In this document: positions 32,540-41,847 of the stretch, one piece after another
How positions within the stretch are numbered: the first letter of the stretch is position 1
How the letters are laid out: each line of letters begins with the position of its first letter
Source: a virus
Taxonomy: Duplodnaviria > Caudoviricetes
Reading direction: 5' to 3' (one strand)
DNA length: 46,001 bases
Virus record (IMG/VR): IMGVR_UViG_3300012971_000899
Span: 1 to 46,001 of that record
Notes under the pieces: model-generated
The model's database searches: none
The model's input: only the letters and a program-made list of their open reading frames with translations
Told to the model about the DNA's origin: nothing
Program-made: the position numbers and the translations under genes

Positions 32540-34596
32540 CGATGCTCAACGGCAACACGTCGGCCATCCCCTGGCAGGACGTCCAGCCGGGGCAGGTCGA
32601 GGAGGTCGTCCTGGGCGGGCTGCCGATGCAGCTTGTGCCTGGCAAGTACGTCATCCAGGAGGCGGACCGCTTCGGCGAGAAGGTCTCCCAGGGCGACCTC
32701 AAGTACGCCGACTTCAACCCGTACGAGTCGAGCCAGTCGGCATCCACGCTGATCTCGGGCGCCGGGCTGCGGCGCTACACCGACGTCCAGGATCCCGCCA
32801 CGGTCACCTCGTACTACAAGGAGACCTCGAACGTCTCGTGCGTGGCCATGCCCGCCACGCTCAGCCCTGAGACGCTGCAGCAGGCGGTGCCCAGCATGTC
32901 GGGCACGATGGTCTGGATGGGCGAACTGGTAACCGCCGACGGCGTGCGCCACCTGGTCGGGGTGGGCGAGAACGGCATCTGGGAGCGCGCCACCAGCGGG
33001 GCGTGGACGCTGCGCCTGAGCCTACCCAACGCGCCGCTGCAGAACGCGGTGAGCGTGTTCAAGAACACGCTGATCATCGGCTACGGCAGCTTCCACACGG
33101 GGCAGTCCACTAACAACCTGACCAGCCTGGCGGACGTGACAGGCAACTCGACAGCCGCCTCAGGCCCCGATACGGGGCCGATCTTCATCTACGCGGCGGC
33201 CAGCGACCACGCCACCTCGTACGTCGCGGGCTCCAACAGCGGCGACCCGACCATCGTCCTGGCCAGCCTGAACGCCAGCGCGAACTACCAGACGCCGACC
33301 CAGACAGGCACGGGCACCATTCGCTCGCTGGCGCCTGGCGGCGGCATCGCGCTGCTGTACGTGGGCAAGGACACCGAACTGGGCGAGATCGACACGCAGG
33401 GCATCTACCGCTCGCTGGTGCCGTTCGACGGCACGTACTCGGGCAACTGTCAGCCGCTCAAGTGGTATCTTTCCTCGGGGGCGGACGCGCAGCGCGGACC
33501 GACGGTGCTCGTCTTCCCACGCGGCCACGGGCTGTGGCTGTACGCCCCCAGCACGATCACGGCGGGCGACAGCTACAACATCAGCCCGTGGTCGCAGCCC
33601 TGGCTGAACCCGCCCAACGCGCGCGGGGCAGTCACCGCCGTTCAGGGCTCCTCGCGCTGGCTGTACTTCGCGGTGACGCGTGCCAGCGACGGCCACACCT
33701 GGATCTATCGCCGCGACGCGGCGACGGGCGCGTCCCACACCTGGCTCGACCTGGGGGTCGGCAAGTGCCTGTCGCTGGCGATCACCACGATGGTGCCGTC
33801 CACGCCAGGCAACCCGGTGCTGTTGATCGGCTACGGCAACAGCGTGCTGACGGTGCAGTTGCCGCTCGATGGCGACAACGAGCAGGACGACACCAACATC
33901 ACCCACGCGCGGGTGGGCTACCTGGACCTGCCCGAAACCGAGCTTGGCTTTCCCGACGAGGACAAGATCCCGATCTCGGTGCGCCTCTCGGGATCAAAGC
34001 TGGCGCCCAACACGCGCTACTTCGACGTGGACTACATGATCGACGACGACGGCACGTGGCACAACCTGGGCATCGTCTCGGGACCGCTGCCGACCAGCGA
34101 GCTAATGTTCCCCAACGACCTGGCGTTCCGCCGCCTGGCGGTGCGCGTGTGGTTCCACAGCGTGGACGGCGTGGAGAGCCCCGAGTTGTTCGGCGTCTCG
34201 ATCCGCATGTCGCTGAACCCGAAGCTGTACCGCCTGTTCGTGATCCAGTGCACCGTGCCCACGGCGAGCTTCAGCACGCTGGCGGACAACCTGCAGAACC
34301 CGTATCTGCTGATGCAGCAGTTGTGGACCTCGCGGCGAAAGGGCTTCCCCGTCACGTACAGCGACCCGTGGAACGACCAGTTCCAGGTGCGCATCCTGAA
34401 GATGCAGCAGACCCAGATGCTGCGCCAGCCCAGCATGGTGCCGGAGACCACGCTGGACTTCACCCTGCTGGAAGTGGTCAAGGGGCGCACGACGCTCGAC
34501 TTCCTGTACGACACCGTGGCTCCGGACGGGCCGCTGAGCGCGGACCTGTACGGGTACGATATGCCGTTGTCGATCTACGACACCGTGGAGACCTGA
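32536..34596 (+). CDS. Tail nozzle / tubular protein B-like, beta-propeller-like (686 aa)
   Basis: Repeating beta-blade pattern; size and position between adaptor and tail fibre. Confidence 0.65.
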   Translation: MTMLNGNTSAIPWQDVQPGQVEEVVLGGLPMQLVPGKYVIQEADRFGEKVSQGDLKYADFNPYESSQSASTLISGAGLRRYTDVQDPATVTSYYKETSNVSCVAMPATLSPETLQQAVPSMSGTMVWMGELVTADGVRHLVGVGENGIWERATSGAWTLRLSLPNAPLQNAVSVFKNTLIIGYGSFHTGQSTNNLTSLADVTGNSTAASGPDTGPIFIYAAASDHATSYVAGSNSGDPTIVLASLNASANYQTPTQTGTGTIRSLAPGGGIALLYVGKDTELGEIDTQGIYRSLVPFDGTYSGNCQPLKWYLSSGADAQRGPTVLVFPRGHGLWLYAPSTITAGDSYNISPWSQPWLNPPNARGAVTAVQGSSRWLYFAVTRASDGHTWIYRRDAATGASHTWLDLGVGKCLSLAITTMVPSTPGNPVLLIGYGNSVLTVQLPLDGDNEQDDTNITHARVGYLDLPETELGFPDEDKIPISVRLSGSKLAPNTRYFDVDYMIDDDGTWHNLGIVSGPLPTSELMFPNDLAFRRLAVRVWFHSVDGVESPELFGVSIRMSLNPKLYRLFVIQCTVPTASFSTLADNLQNPYLLMQQLWTSRRKGFPVTYSDPWNDQFQVRILKMQQTQMLRQPSMVPETTLDFTLLEVVKGRTTLDFLYDTVAPDGPLSADLYGYDMPLSIYDTVET

Positions 34597-36359
34597 TGGC
34601 CCTCAACGCTGCGAACTTCATCGTCAAAGGTCCTATCCGGTCGGCGGACATGAAGCAGTTCGTGGACCTCTTCACGGGCGTCATGACCGACCAGCCCGTG
34701 ACGTTCAAGAACGCGCTCTCGCTGGGCGGCAATCAGGGCAACACCACCGCGCCGCTGAGCCTGTACGGCGCCGTCGGCCAGACCAGCAACCTGCTCAACC
34801 TCTATCCCGACCCCAGCAGCCTGCAGCCAACATTCGGCTTCGCCGCGTACGGCCGCTTCTCCTGGGGTCCAGGCGGCGCGGGGGTGCAGGACACGTTCCT
34901 GTCGCGCATCGCACTGCAAAACGGTCATGCCACCGACACGGCGGGCCTGTTCATCGACCCGCACCTGGAGGTGACGGGTGCCGTCCAGGCGTCGGCGTAC
35001 AACTTCAACAACGGCACCACCATCGACACCGACGGCGCGCTCTCGGTGCGCATCAACCAGGACCTGACCGTCAATCGCCGCATCAACCTGCCGTACTCAG
35101 GCGGCTCGGGGACGCAGCCGTCGATCCAGATGGCGAACAACGCGTTCATCAGTGCTCGGGATAGTGCGAACAGCATCATTCCTGTCTTTTCGGCAACGAC
35201 CGACAACTGGAACTCATTCCACCTGGGTACGAATGGGCTGGCGTTCACCAACACGGCCAACACCACCCGTGTGGCGACGATCAGCCCCAACGGTACGGGT
35301 AACTTCTTCTACCTGACCGTCAGCGACGGCAGCAACGGTGTGCTCCAGGCGCGCAACGGCAACCTGTACCTGCGCCCTGCAGCCAGCAACACCTGGTGCA
35401 TCATGGACACCGGCCAGGGGCTGCTGATGCCTGGGGGTTCGATTCAGGTGCAGAACGGGTATGTCTCGGCGGGCGCGCCGATCAGCGGCGCGGTGGGGGA
35501 TCTGACTGCGAACCGTGGCAACAACACGGGCTACCTGTACATCGGCAACGCCACCCACTACCTCGGCTTCGATGGCAGCGTGTACCAGATGCCCACCTCG
35601 GGGCTGAACGTGGGTGGGACCGTCAACGCGTCTAACGCGTTCACTGTCGCGAGCGCGGCCAACAGCATGGGCGCGCCGATTGCACTGCCGCAGACCCTGG
35701 GCCCGAAGCTCAACCTGTACGACGCGGGCGGCAGCTACTACGGCATCGGCGTCAGCAGCGGTGAGATGTACTTCTCAGTGCCCTCCACTGCCACCTTTGC
35801 TTTCCGGCAGAACAACGGCGCTGGCACGGCGTTCGTGCAGATCCTGACAAGCGGCGTGTTGCAAGCGAACAATGAAATCCATATCACGAACCCGTACCAA
35901 CTCGTTTTCACGCCCGCCAACGAGTTCATTGGGCCAGGTGAGTCGGTAGGGCACCCCTCGACGGTGGTCATGGGCACGCACGCGTACGTCAACTTCGATC
36001 TCGGCGTCGGCCACACAGTCACCTGCCAGAACGTGGTGCAGACATCGGACCCCGGCGCCAAGGCGAACATGACCGTGATGGCCGACGGCGACTGCATGCT
36101 GCGCATTCGCGAGCCAGGCGTGCAGGTGTACAGCTACCAGCTAGCGCCGCCCACGCCCGCGCCAGATCCACCGCCACCCATCACCCCAACCCCCACTGAC
36201 ATCGGCTTCGACGCCACGCAGGTGTACGCGCACTCGCCCGAGTTCGCGGCGATCAACGACCAGGGCGCGGCGGTCGGCGTCAACTACGCCAACATGGCGG
36301 CCCTGCTGTGGGGCGCGTTACGCGATCTTGACAAACGCTGCGTCGCGTACGGTATCTAG
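34596..36359 (+). CDS. Tail fibre/spike with C-terminal S74 intramolecular chaperone (587 aa)
   Basis: True start is ATG 34596 (GGAG RBS); TSDPGAK (Ser-Lys dyad) ... IGFDATQV ... VNYANMAALLWGALRDL. Confidence 0.85.
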   Translation: MALNAANFIVKGPIRSADMKQFVDLFTGVMTDQPVTFKNALSLGGNQGNTTAPLSLYGAVGQTSNLLNLYPDPSSLQPTFGFAAYGRFSWGPGGAGVQDTFLSRIALQNGHATDTAGLFIDPHLEVTGAVQASAYNFNNGTTIDTDGALSVRINQDLTVNRRINLPYSGGSGTQPSIQMANNAFISARDSANSIIPVFSATTDNWNSFHLGTNGLAFTNTANTTRVATISPNGTGNFFYLTVSDGSNGVLQARNGNLYLRPAASNTWCIMDTGQGLLMPGGSIQVQNGYVSAGAPISGAVGDLTANRGNNTGYLYIGNATHYLGFDGSVYQMPTSGLNVGGTVNASNAFTVASAANSMGAPIALPQTLGPKLNLYDAGGSYYGIGVSSGEMYFSVPSTATFAFRQNNGAGTAFVQILTSGVLQANNEIHITNPYQLVFTPANEFIGPGESVGHPSTVVMGTHAYVNFDLGVGHTVTCQNVVQTSDPGAKANMTVMADGDCMLRIREPGVQVYSYQLAPPTPAPDPPPPITPTPTDIGFDATQVYAHSPEFAAINDQGAAVGVNYANMAALLWGALRDLDKRCVAYGI

Positions 36360-36366
36360 GAGTCCC

Positions 36367-36732
36367 ATGAGACGTATTGCACTGCTCTCCCTGCCCGACC
36401 CGCGCTTCCCGCTGGGTGACCCCAACTATGAGGTCAACCGGGTGGACTACCGCGATGTTATCGAACAGGCCGTGCGCATTCCGTTCGACCGTCAGACCGG
36501 CGCCACCATCGACGAGATGCGCAAGGGCATTCGCGTGCTGGACGCGCTCGACGCGCGCATCGGCGACGTCATTCAGCTTGAAGACGCCGATTGGGAGTAC
36601 CTGAAGCAGAAGGTCGAGCGGATGCCGTGGGCGGTGGTGGACCGGCGCTTCATCCAGTTCTACGACGACGTGATGCAAGCGACGGAGTCGCCGCGTGATC
36701 CCACACGCGCGGACGGGGTCGCCGTAGCGTGA
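36367..36732 (+). CDS. Hypothetical protein, possible tail-fibre-associated chaperone (121 aa)
   Basis: AGGAG RBS; IDEMRKGIRVLDAL...LEDADWEYLK. Confidence 0.7.
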   Translation: MRRIALLSLPDPRFPLGDPNYEVNRVDYRDVIEQAVRIPFDRQTGATIDEMRKGIRVLDALDARIGDVIQLEDADWEYLKQKVERMPWAVVDRRFIQFYDDVMQATESPRDPTRADGVAVA

Positions 36733-36735
36733 TGC

Positions 36736-37731
36736 ATGCGGGGCAACTTGCAGCTTCAGGCCGTCGTTCACACCGGGGCAGGCGGATTGGTGGGGGCAGC
36801 GATAGGTGCACTCGCCCTCGCGTTCGGCGCCGTGACGCCTGTTGAGACGTCCTCAGTACAGGTCAGTCCAACTGCAACCGCGACGCTCGCAGTAGACCTC
36901 TCCGTCACGCCCGAACCGAACGAGGTGCCCGACCAGGGGCCACAGCCAGTAGCTCAGCCAGAGGTAGCGACTCCCCAGATAGCAACGCCAGTTCAAGCGA
37001 CCCCCACCTTCGTTGCGCCGCCGCGCGTACCGACGAGCGTACCAGGCGTGCCGCCGACGCTCTCACCACCCACCCCGCTGGTCACACTGGCCCCTTCTCC
37101 AACGAACAGTCCCGTGCCGCCTGTGCTGGTGCCGACGAGTACGCCAACACGTGTGCCCCCGCCTGCACCCACGCCTGCGCCGACAGCCGTGCCCACAGAG
37201 GACATGTCCGCCCCAGAGGACGTGCTGTCCGCTCCAGCCGAGCAGCCCCAGGCGCCCCCTGCACCCGCTGTGGAAGCCACTGCAACGGCCACCGAGACGC
37301 CGCAGCCTGCGCGTGCGCCCGTGCAGAGTGCGCCTGAACCGCCCACGCCGACCGCCACATCGACCGACGTGCCGACCGCTCCACCGACGGCCACGCGTAC
37401 GTCATCGGGTGGCGGCGGAGGGGGGGCGCCTCCACCCCCCACTCCGACCGCCACCGCACAACCGCCGACGCCGCTGCCACCTGTGCCGACAGCCGTGTCA
37501 ACATCCGTGCCGACAGCCACGCCGACAGCCATGCCGACAGCCACTGCACGACCCGCGCCACCGCAGCCCACACAGGTCCCCACGGCACCCCCTGCACCCA
37601 CGCGCGCGCCTGCCCCTACCGCGCAGCCGACACAGCCGCCGCAGCCCACCCCGACGCCCAAGAAAAATAACGGCAACAAGCCCGACGTTCCACCTGGCCA
37701 GGCCAAGAAGACCCCGACTGTTGGGCCGTGA
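36736..37731 (+). CDS. Membrane-anchored Pro/Thr-rich protein ending in PPGQAKK (331 aa)
   Basis: N-terminal hydrophobic helix GLVGAAIGALALAFGAV; PTAT/PTPT repeats; KNNGNKPDVPPGQAKK. Confidence 0.75.
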   Translation: MRGNLQLQAVVHTGAGGLVGAAIGALALAFGAVTPVETSSVQVSPTATATLAVDLSVTPEPNEVPDQGPQPVAQPEVATPQIATPVQATPTFVAPPRVPTSVPGVPPTLSPPTPLVTLAPSPTNSPVPPVLVPTSTPTRVPPPAPTPAPTAVPTEDMSAPEDVLSAPAEQPQAPPAPAVEATATATETPQPARAPVQSAPEPPTPTATSTDVPTAPPTATRTSSGGGGGGAPPPPTPTATAQPPTPLPPVPTAVSTSVPTATPTAMPTATARPAPPQPTQVPTAPPAPTRAPAPTAQPTQPPQPTPTPKKNNGNKPDVPPGQAKKTPTVGP

Positions 37732-37979
37732 ATCTCGACGCGCTGGTCCTGCTGACCACGGTCATCGGCGCACTGGCCGGCGCGTGCAGCTTTCTGTTCC
37801 GTCAGTTGATCGTCACCAAGAACCGGCGCATCAACGAACTGCTGGACGAGCGCGACTACTGGCGCGATATTGTGGCCAAGGACCGCAACCTGCCCAGCTT
37901 CGAGGACTGGTACGCGGAGCAGCACCGCCTGCCTCCTGCTGGACGAGAGGCGTACGTGCGCCAGGAGCGCGAGAGCTAG
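37728..37979 (+). CDS. Single-TM plus coiled-coil small protein (83 aa)
   Basis: LVLLTTVIGALAGACSFLF then RINELLDERDYWR. Confidence 0.7.
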   Translation: MNLDALVLLTTVIGALAGACSFLFRQLIVTKNRRINELLDERDYWRDIVAKDRNLPSFEDWYAEQHRLPPAGREAYVRQERES

Positions 37980-37983
37980 ACGG

Positions 37984-38072
37984 GTGTGGGGTCGGAGCAC
38001 GACCACCTTCCCCACACGGCCCCCCAATGGCTGGGCCTGCCCGCTCTCCCGCTGGAAGTGTCCCAGCGGAAG
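37984..38072. terminator. Two stem-loops between the convergent arms
   Basis: GTGTGGGG (37984-37991)/CCCCACAC (38010-38017) after the last + gene; CCGCTGG-N7-CCAGCGG (38049-38069) just after the last - gene; no U-tract. Confidence 0.5.
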
Positions 38073-38074
38073 TC

Positions 38075-38809
38075 CTACTGCGTCGCCCGCCGCGTTCTGC
38101 GCGGCTTGGCCTCGGTGGGGTCGCTCTGCAACTCGGCCAGCAGCGCGAGTACCGCCTGGGTGAGCGCCTCGATGGTCGGTTTCAACTCGGCCAGCGCGTC
38201 GGTGACCATCAGCGCGCGCGCCTCGTCGCCCGACAGCCCTGCAAACGGACCCTTGTCCAGGTAGCTGGCCTCCTGCGCCTCGGCCTCCTGGTCGAGCGTG
38301 GCCGTGCCGTTGGCCAGGTCGAACGCGTTCTGGTCGGCGGTTGCCTGCGCCTGAATGGACGTGTCCAGGTCGATGTCGTCCAGGGGCGTGGGCTCGGGCT
38401 CGAACACGGTGCCGTTGGTGGGCTCGGGCTCGGCTGCGGGACCTGGATCCGTAACGGGCGCGTCGCTCAGCGCCGCCTCCAACTCAGCCAACAAACTGGG
38501 ATCAAATGCCATCGGTAACCTCTCGATCAAATGTGCCAGAATCCACAGTGCCTCACCAGGCGTGTGGACGACGTAGACGGGGACGTGATGTTCGCGCAAC
38601 AGTCGGTGTCGTTCGCGCTGCAGGGGTGTCGGGGTGGACCGACGCCCCTGCTTCACCTCTAAACCAACCAGCAGCGGCCACTGCAGGAACAACAGATCAG
38701 GCCAGCCGCCGCCCGTCCAAAGGTTGGCTGGCCAGCCCAGCACGAGCGCGCCAGGGAACGCGGTGCGCAGGGCTCCGCGAATCCGCTGCCGCAGGTCGCG
38801 CTCGGGCAT
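38075..38809 (-). CDS. VRR-NUC nuclease (about 99 aa) in frame with an acidic C-terminal part that has its own internal start
   Basis: E....I...L, GWPDLL, LEVK, TPLQ; internal GAGAGG-N6-ATG at 38512. Confidence 0.8.
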   Translation of the reverse strand: MPERDLRQRIRGALRTAFPGALVLGWPANLWTGGGWPDLLFLQWPLLVGLEVKQGRRSTPTPLQRERHRLLREHHVPVYVVHTPGEALWILAHLIERLPMAFDPSLLAELEAALSDAPVTDPGPAAEPEPTNGTVFEPEPTPLDDIDLDTSIQAQATADQNAFDLANGTATLDQEAEAQEASYLDKGPFAGLSGDEARALMVTDALAELKPTIEALTQAVLALLAELQSDPTEAKPRRTRRATQ

Positions 38810-38810
38810 C

Positions 38811-39419
38811 TCAGGCGACGTCAGGCTGCTCGAACATCGCCGACACCTGATCGGCCAGTGTGGCGGCAGCAGGCGCGCCGCCGTTGCTGGGAGCGGGCTG
38901 CGGGCCGATGCCGCCGACCAGCGGCGTGCCCTTCTGCTGGTCCCAGTTGGCAGCCGACTGCACCTCGATGATCGACGAGAAGCTGCGCCCCTGGGGGCTC
39001 ATCTCGTCGCCGATGGTCAGCACGACCCGCTTGCCGCGCATCTTGCTGTCGATGAACTTCGCGATCTGGGCGTGCTTCTCCCAGGTGCTGACCTTCTTGA
39101 AGCGCTCGTCGGCGTAGAGCGCACGGGCGACGTCGCCGATGCCAGCGGCGCCCATCATGCCCGCCATGCCGAACTGCGAGCCCGCCTTGCCGCCCATGGA
39201 GGCGTAGCGGCCGATTTCGCGACCGACGCCCGCACCTGGCGCGCTGGTGGGCGCCTCCAGGATCTTGAACGACACGTTGAAGCCAGGCGTCTTGTCGTAG
39301 TCCTTGGCGGTCGGGCTGACGCTGGCGACCTCGGCCAGGTAGTAGCCCTGCGGTACGTGTGGCCGACCAGGCTCGGTGCGGGTGAACGAGTCATCCAACT
39401 CGTAGGGGACGAACGGCAA
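38811..39419 (-). CDS. DUF669-like single-stranded DNA-binding protein (202 aa)
   Basis: GAGGAG RBS before TTG 39419; VPQGYYLAEVASV...FNVSFKIL OB-type pattern; next to the AAA_24 ATPase. Confidence 0.7.
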   Translation of the reverse strand: MPFVPYELDDSFTRTEPGRPHVPQGYYLAEVASVSPTAKDYDKTPGFNVSFKILEAPTSAPGAGVGREIGRYASMGGKAGSQFGMAGMMGAAGIGDVARALYADERFKKVSTWEKHAQIAKFIDSKMRGKRVVLTIGDEMSPQGRSFSSIIEVQSAANWDQQKGTPLVGGIGPQPAPSNGGAPAAATLADQVSAMFEQPDVA

Positions 39420-39547
39420 TTGAGTGCTCCTCTCAGGTTGGCGCAGAATCGCGCAGAATCGGCGTGGCGTCGGGCGCCACCCACTTGATGGCCCGCATCG
39501 CCATGTCCAGTGACGGCGCGTTCCAATGGATTTGAACGGTAAGCTCA

Positions 39548-39576
39548 ACTGTACCAGAATGATACACCATAGTCAA
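39548..39576 (-). promoter_or_regulatory. Sigma70-type promoter for the SSB/VRR-NUC unit
   Basis: TTGACT-17-TACAGT with extended -10 TG, in an AT-rich intergenic stretch. Confidence 0.75.
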
Positions 39577-39578
39577 GT

Positions 39579-40409
39579 CTACGTTTGTTTGACCAGGCCA
39601 TTCCGGTGAATCAGGGGCTCGGTCAGCTTCCGCCATGTGGGATCTCGCACCACGCGGCCCAGCACGTCTGTCGGGCCCTTGGCCAGGTAGCGTCCGTGCT
39701 GGCCGATGAACAGCTTGCGCACTTCGCGGGCGTTCTCGGGGATGTGGGTGGACTTGTCCTCTTCCAGGTCGATGCTGGGCGGTGCGTCGTCGTCGGTCGG
39801 CTCTCCTTTCTCGATCTCCACGTACAGCCGCCCCAGGATCTCCACGCTGTCGCGAATCCCCATCAGGGCGTACGGCGTGAGCCGGGGACCTGTCTGGACC
39901 TCGCCCTCCTCGCCATAGCGCGTCTCGCGGTCGTTTTCCTGCATCAGGTACAGCGCGTGGACAGGCAGCAGGTTGAAGTTGCGCTGCCATTCGGAGCACA
40001 GGCTGCCGATCTGGCCCCAGCCCTGCCAGCCGCTGGGGGTCTTGGGAATGCGCTCGATGTACGCGCGCAGCTTGGCAGGATCGCTCGGCTCGTAGCCGCA
40101 CACGTGGCCCAGCGCCAGGTCCTGGATGCGCGACCAGGTATCCCACACGATGGCCCGAATGCCCGACTTGGGGTTGGCCACCGCGTCGTACACGTCCATG
40201 ACGTCCGTCCACTTGCGGATCTTGGCCACCCGAATGTTGGGCTTGTGCATGTACGGGCGCACGGCCTCGTCGTCCACGCTGATCACCAGCGTGTTGCAGT
40301 CAATCGTGCTGGCGAGCGTGGATTTGCCCACCCCGTTGCGCCCGTAGATGCCTATTCTGACGTGATCAAGCGCCAGGACGTCTTTCGGATGCAGAATCGT
40401 CAGCGGCAA
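39579..40409 (-). CDS. AAA_24 / Sak4-like phage ATPase (276 aa)
   Basis: IGIYGRNGVGKST Walker A, AIVWDTWS Walker B, YLAKG near the C-terminus; AAAGGAGG RBS. Confidence 0.85.
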   Translation of the reverse strand: MPLTILHPKDVLALDHVRIGIYGRNGVGKSTLASTIDCNTLVISVDDEAVRPYMHKPNIRVAKIRKWTDVMDVYDAVANPKSGIRAIVWDTWSRIQDLALGHVCGYEPSDPAKLRAYIERIPKTPSGWQGWGQIGSLCSEWQRNFNLLPVHALYLMQENDRETRYGEEGEVQTGPRLTPYALMGIRDSVEILGRLYVEIEKGEPTDDDAPPSIDLEEDKSTHIPENAREVRKLFIGQHGRYLAKGPTDVLGRVVRDPTWRKLTEPLIHRNGLVKQT

Positions 40410-40566
40410 ATGGAACCTCCTTTCGTAGCCACACCTCGACTAGCCTGGCGTCGTGTCGGCGGGTGTGGTCCATTGCCGCGCGCAGGTACTGGGCGGTGAG
40501 CGCCATCAGTTCGGTCATGTGGTCGGGATCGGTGCTCTCGACCACCAGTTCGATGACCCATCTCAC
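40366..40566 (-). CDS. Hypothetical protein (66 aa)
   Basis: GTGA overlap with the Cas4-like stop; MRWVIELVVESTDPDHM... Confidence 0.5.
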   Translation of the reverse strand: MRWVIELVVESTDPDHMTELMALTAQYLRAAMDHTRRHDARLVEVWLRKEVPFAADDSASERRPGA

Positions 40567-41585
40567 GCGGATCTGCCCTGATCCCACATGTCCTGGGTCG
40601 CCTCGGTGAAGTATTCGCGGCGCATCATCTCGTTGCGGTGGCCCGTCTGGTACTCGTTGGCGCACAGCCGCATGTACGGACAAAAGAGCGGGCAGGTGAG
40701 CGGATCCCAGGCGCGCGGAAAGTGGCCCCGACGGTGCGCCGCCAGGATGTTGCGGGACACGTCCGCCACGTCGCGCATGTTCTCGACCAGGTGGTCGTTG
40801 TCCCTGAGTGTGGGGTAGCGCTGGAACCACAGCGGATCGGCCACCACACGCCCGTACAGCCAGCGCACGTAGTGCTCGGGCGACTCCCAGTCCACACCAG
40901 GCTTCCAGTTCGCCTTGATCGTGACCAGCGCCTCCGCCAGGCGCAGCGCGGTGGTCTGCTTCTCGTCGTCGCCTTTCCACAGCCGCCCGTCGTTCTTGAC
41001 GCGCAGCGTGGGCGGCGTTTTTGTGCACACGTAGTCGAACACGACGCCCTGCACGGGCTGCCGCGAGCGCAGCAGCACCATTTGCAGCATCGTCTGCGGA
41101 TCCACGCAGCGCCAGTCGGAATCGGGGATCTCCGCCAGCGTTTTGCGCTCCCAGATCCACAGTCGGCCCTGCTGGTCGCGTTTGAGGACGTCGATGGTCG
41201 CGGTCAGCCTGACGCCAGGCGCGGGCTCCAGTTCGACGGGCACCTCGGTGTCTTCGAGGAACCACTGGTTCTCCTGCCAGCGCTCGTTCCAGAACGCGAG
41301 GTACTGGCGGGTGATGTCGGACACTTCGGCCGCCAGCGCGTCCAGCTTGGCGATGTCCATGCCTGGCTGCTGCGCCGCCCAGGCGTACATGCGGTCCAGT
41401 TCCTTGTCCCACGCTTCGCCACGGTCGATCAGTTCGAGCGTGCGATGCAGCCAGATGCCGCGCCGGAGAGCGGGTTTCTGGTCGCGCGGGATCGGTACTA
41501 GATTGTCGAGCCAGCGATACTCATACCGCTTCAGGCAGTTAGCCGCGTCGCGGAAGGCGCTGCTCGACAGGGAGATGTCGGGCAC
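40563..41585 (-). CDS. PD-(D/E)XK Cas4/RecB-like exonuclease with Fe-S cysteines (340 aa)
   Basis: SSSAF...C; G...H; ATIDVL...WERKT; Q motif; C-terminal CPLFCPYMRLC. Confidence 0.88.
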   Translation of the reverse strand: MPDISLSSSAFRDAANCLKRYEYRWLDNLVPIPRDQKPALRRGIWLHRTLELIDRGEAWDKELDRMYAWAAQQPGMDIAKLDALAAEVSDITRQYLAFWNERWQENQWFLEDTEVPVELEPAPGVRLTATIDVLKRDQQGRLWIWERKTLAEIPDSDWRCVDPQTMLQMVLLRSRQPVQGVVFDYVCTKTPPTLRVKNDGRLWKGDDEKQTTALRLAEALVTIKANWKPGVDWESPEHYVRWLYGRVVADPLWFQRYPTLRDNDHLVENMRDVADVSRNILAAHRRGHFPRAWDPLTCPLFCPYMRLCANEYQTGHRNEMMRREYFTEATQDMWDQGRSA

Positions 41586-41623
41586 TATTCACCTCGTTTA
41601 CGTCTACAAAAATTACAAGCCGA

Positions 41624-41653
41624 ACTGTAGCAAACCCCACAAATGGCCGTCAA
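41624..41653 (-). promoter_or_regulatory. Sigma70-type promoter for the nuclease/ATPase unit
   Basis: TTGACG-18-TACAGT with extended TG; AT-rich upstream region with palindrome TTTTCGCGAAAA (41668-41679). Confidence 0.7.
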
Positions 41654-41685
41654 GCCTCAGAAAAATTTTTTCGCGAAAATCGGGC

Positions 41686-41847
41686 CTAAGTGGTTGCGGT
41701 GGCTTGACTACAGGCCGCGCACAGAACCATCTTCGGTAGCGGACAGCGCTTGGGCTTTTTGTGCGAGATGCACAGCGCGCGACGGAACGCGACCTTGCCG
41801 CACCTGCTGCAGCGCAGGTCGGTGTGGGTGTGCCAGCCGCCCTTCAC
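41686..41847 (-). CDS. Small Cys-rich zinc-finger protein (53 aa)
   Basis: CSRC...C...C...CAAC; GTGA overlap with the polymerase stop. Confidence 0.55.
   Translation of the reverse strand: MKGGWHTHTDLRCSRCGKVAFRRALCISHKKPKRCPLPKMVLCAACSQATATT

Noticed and set aside
33462-34595. N-terminal 378 aa of the 965-aa track ORF
   Set aside because: Out-of-frame overlap with the nozzle gene; the real fibre starts at ATG 34596 with an RBS and TGATG coupling
288-38027. Many long minus-strand ORFs over the structural arm (e.g. 14397-16751, 24098-25777, 26189-27793)
   Set aside because: Shadow ORFs of high-GC coding sequence; Arg/Ala-rich, no motifs, fully overlapping better-supported + genes
40563-41585. 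Cas4-like gene as part of a CRISPR-Cas system
   Set aside because: No array or other cas genes; it sits in a standard nuclease-ATPase-SSB recombination module
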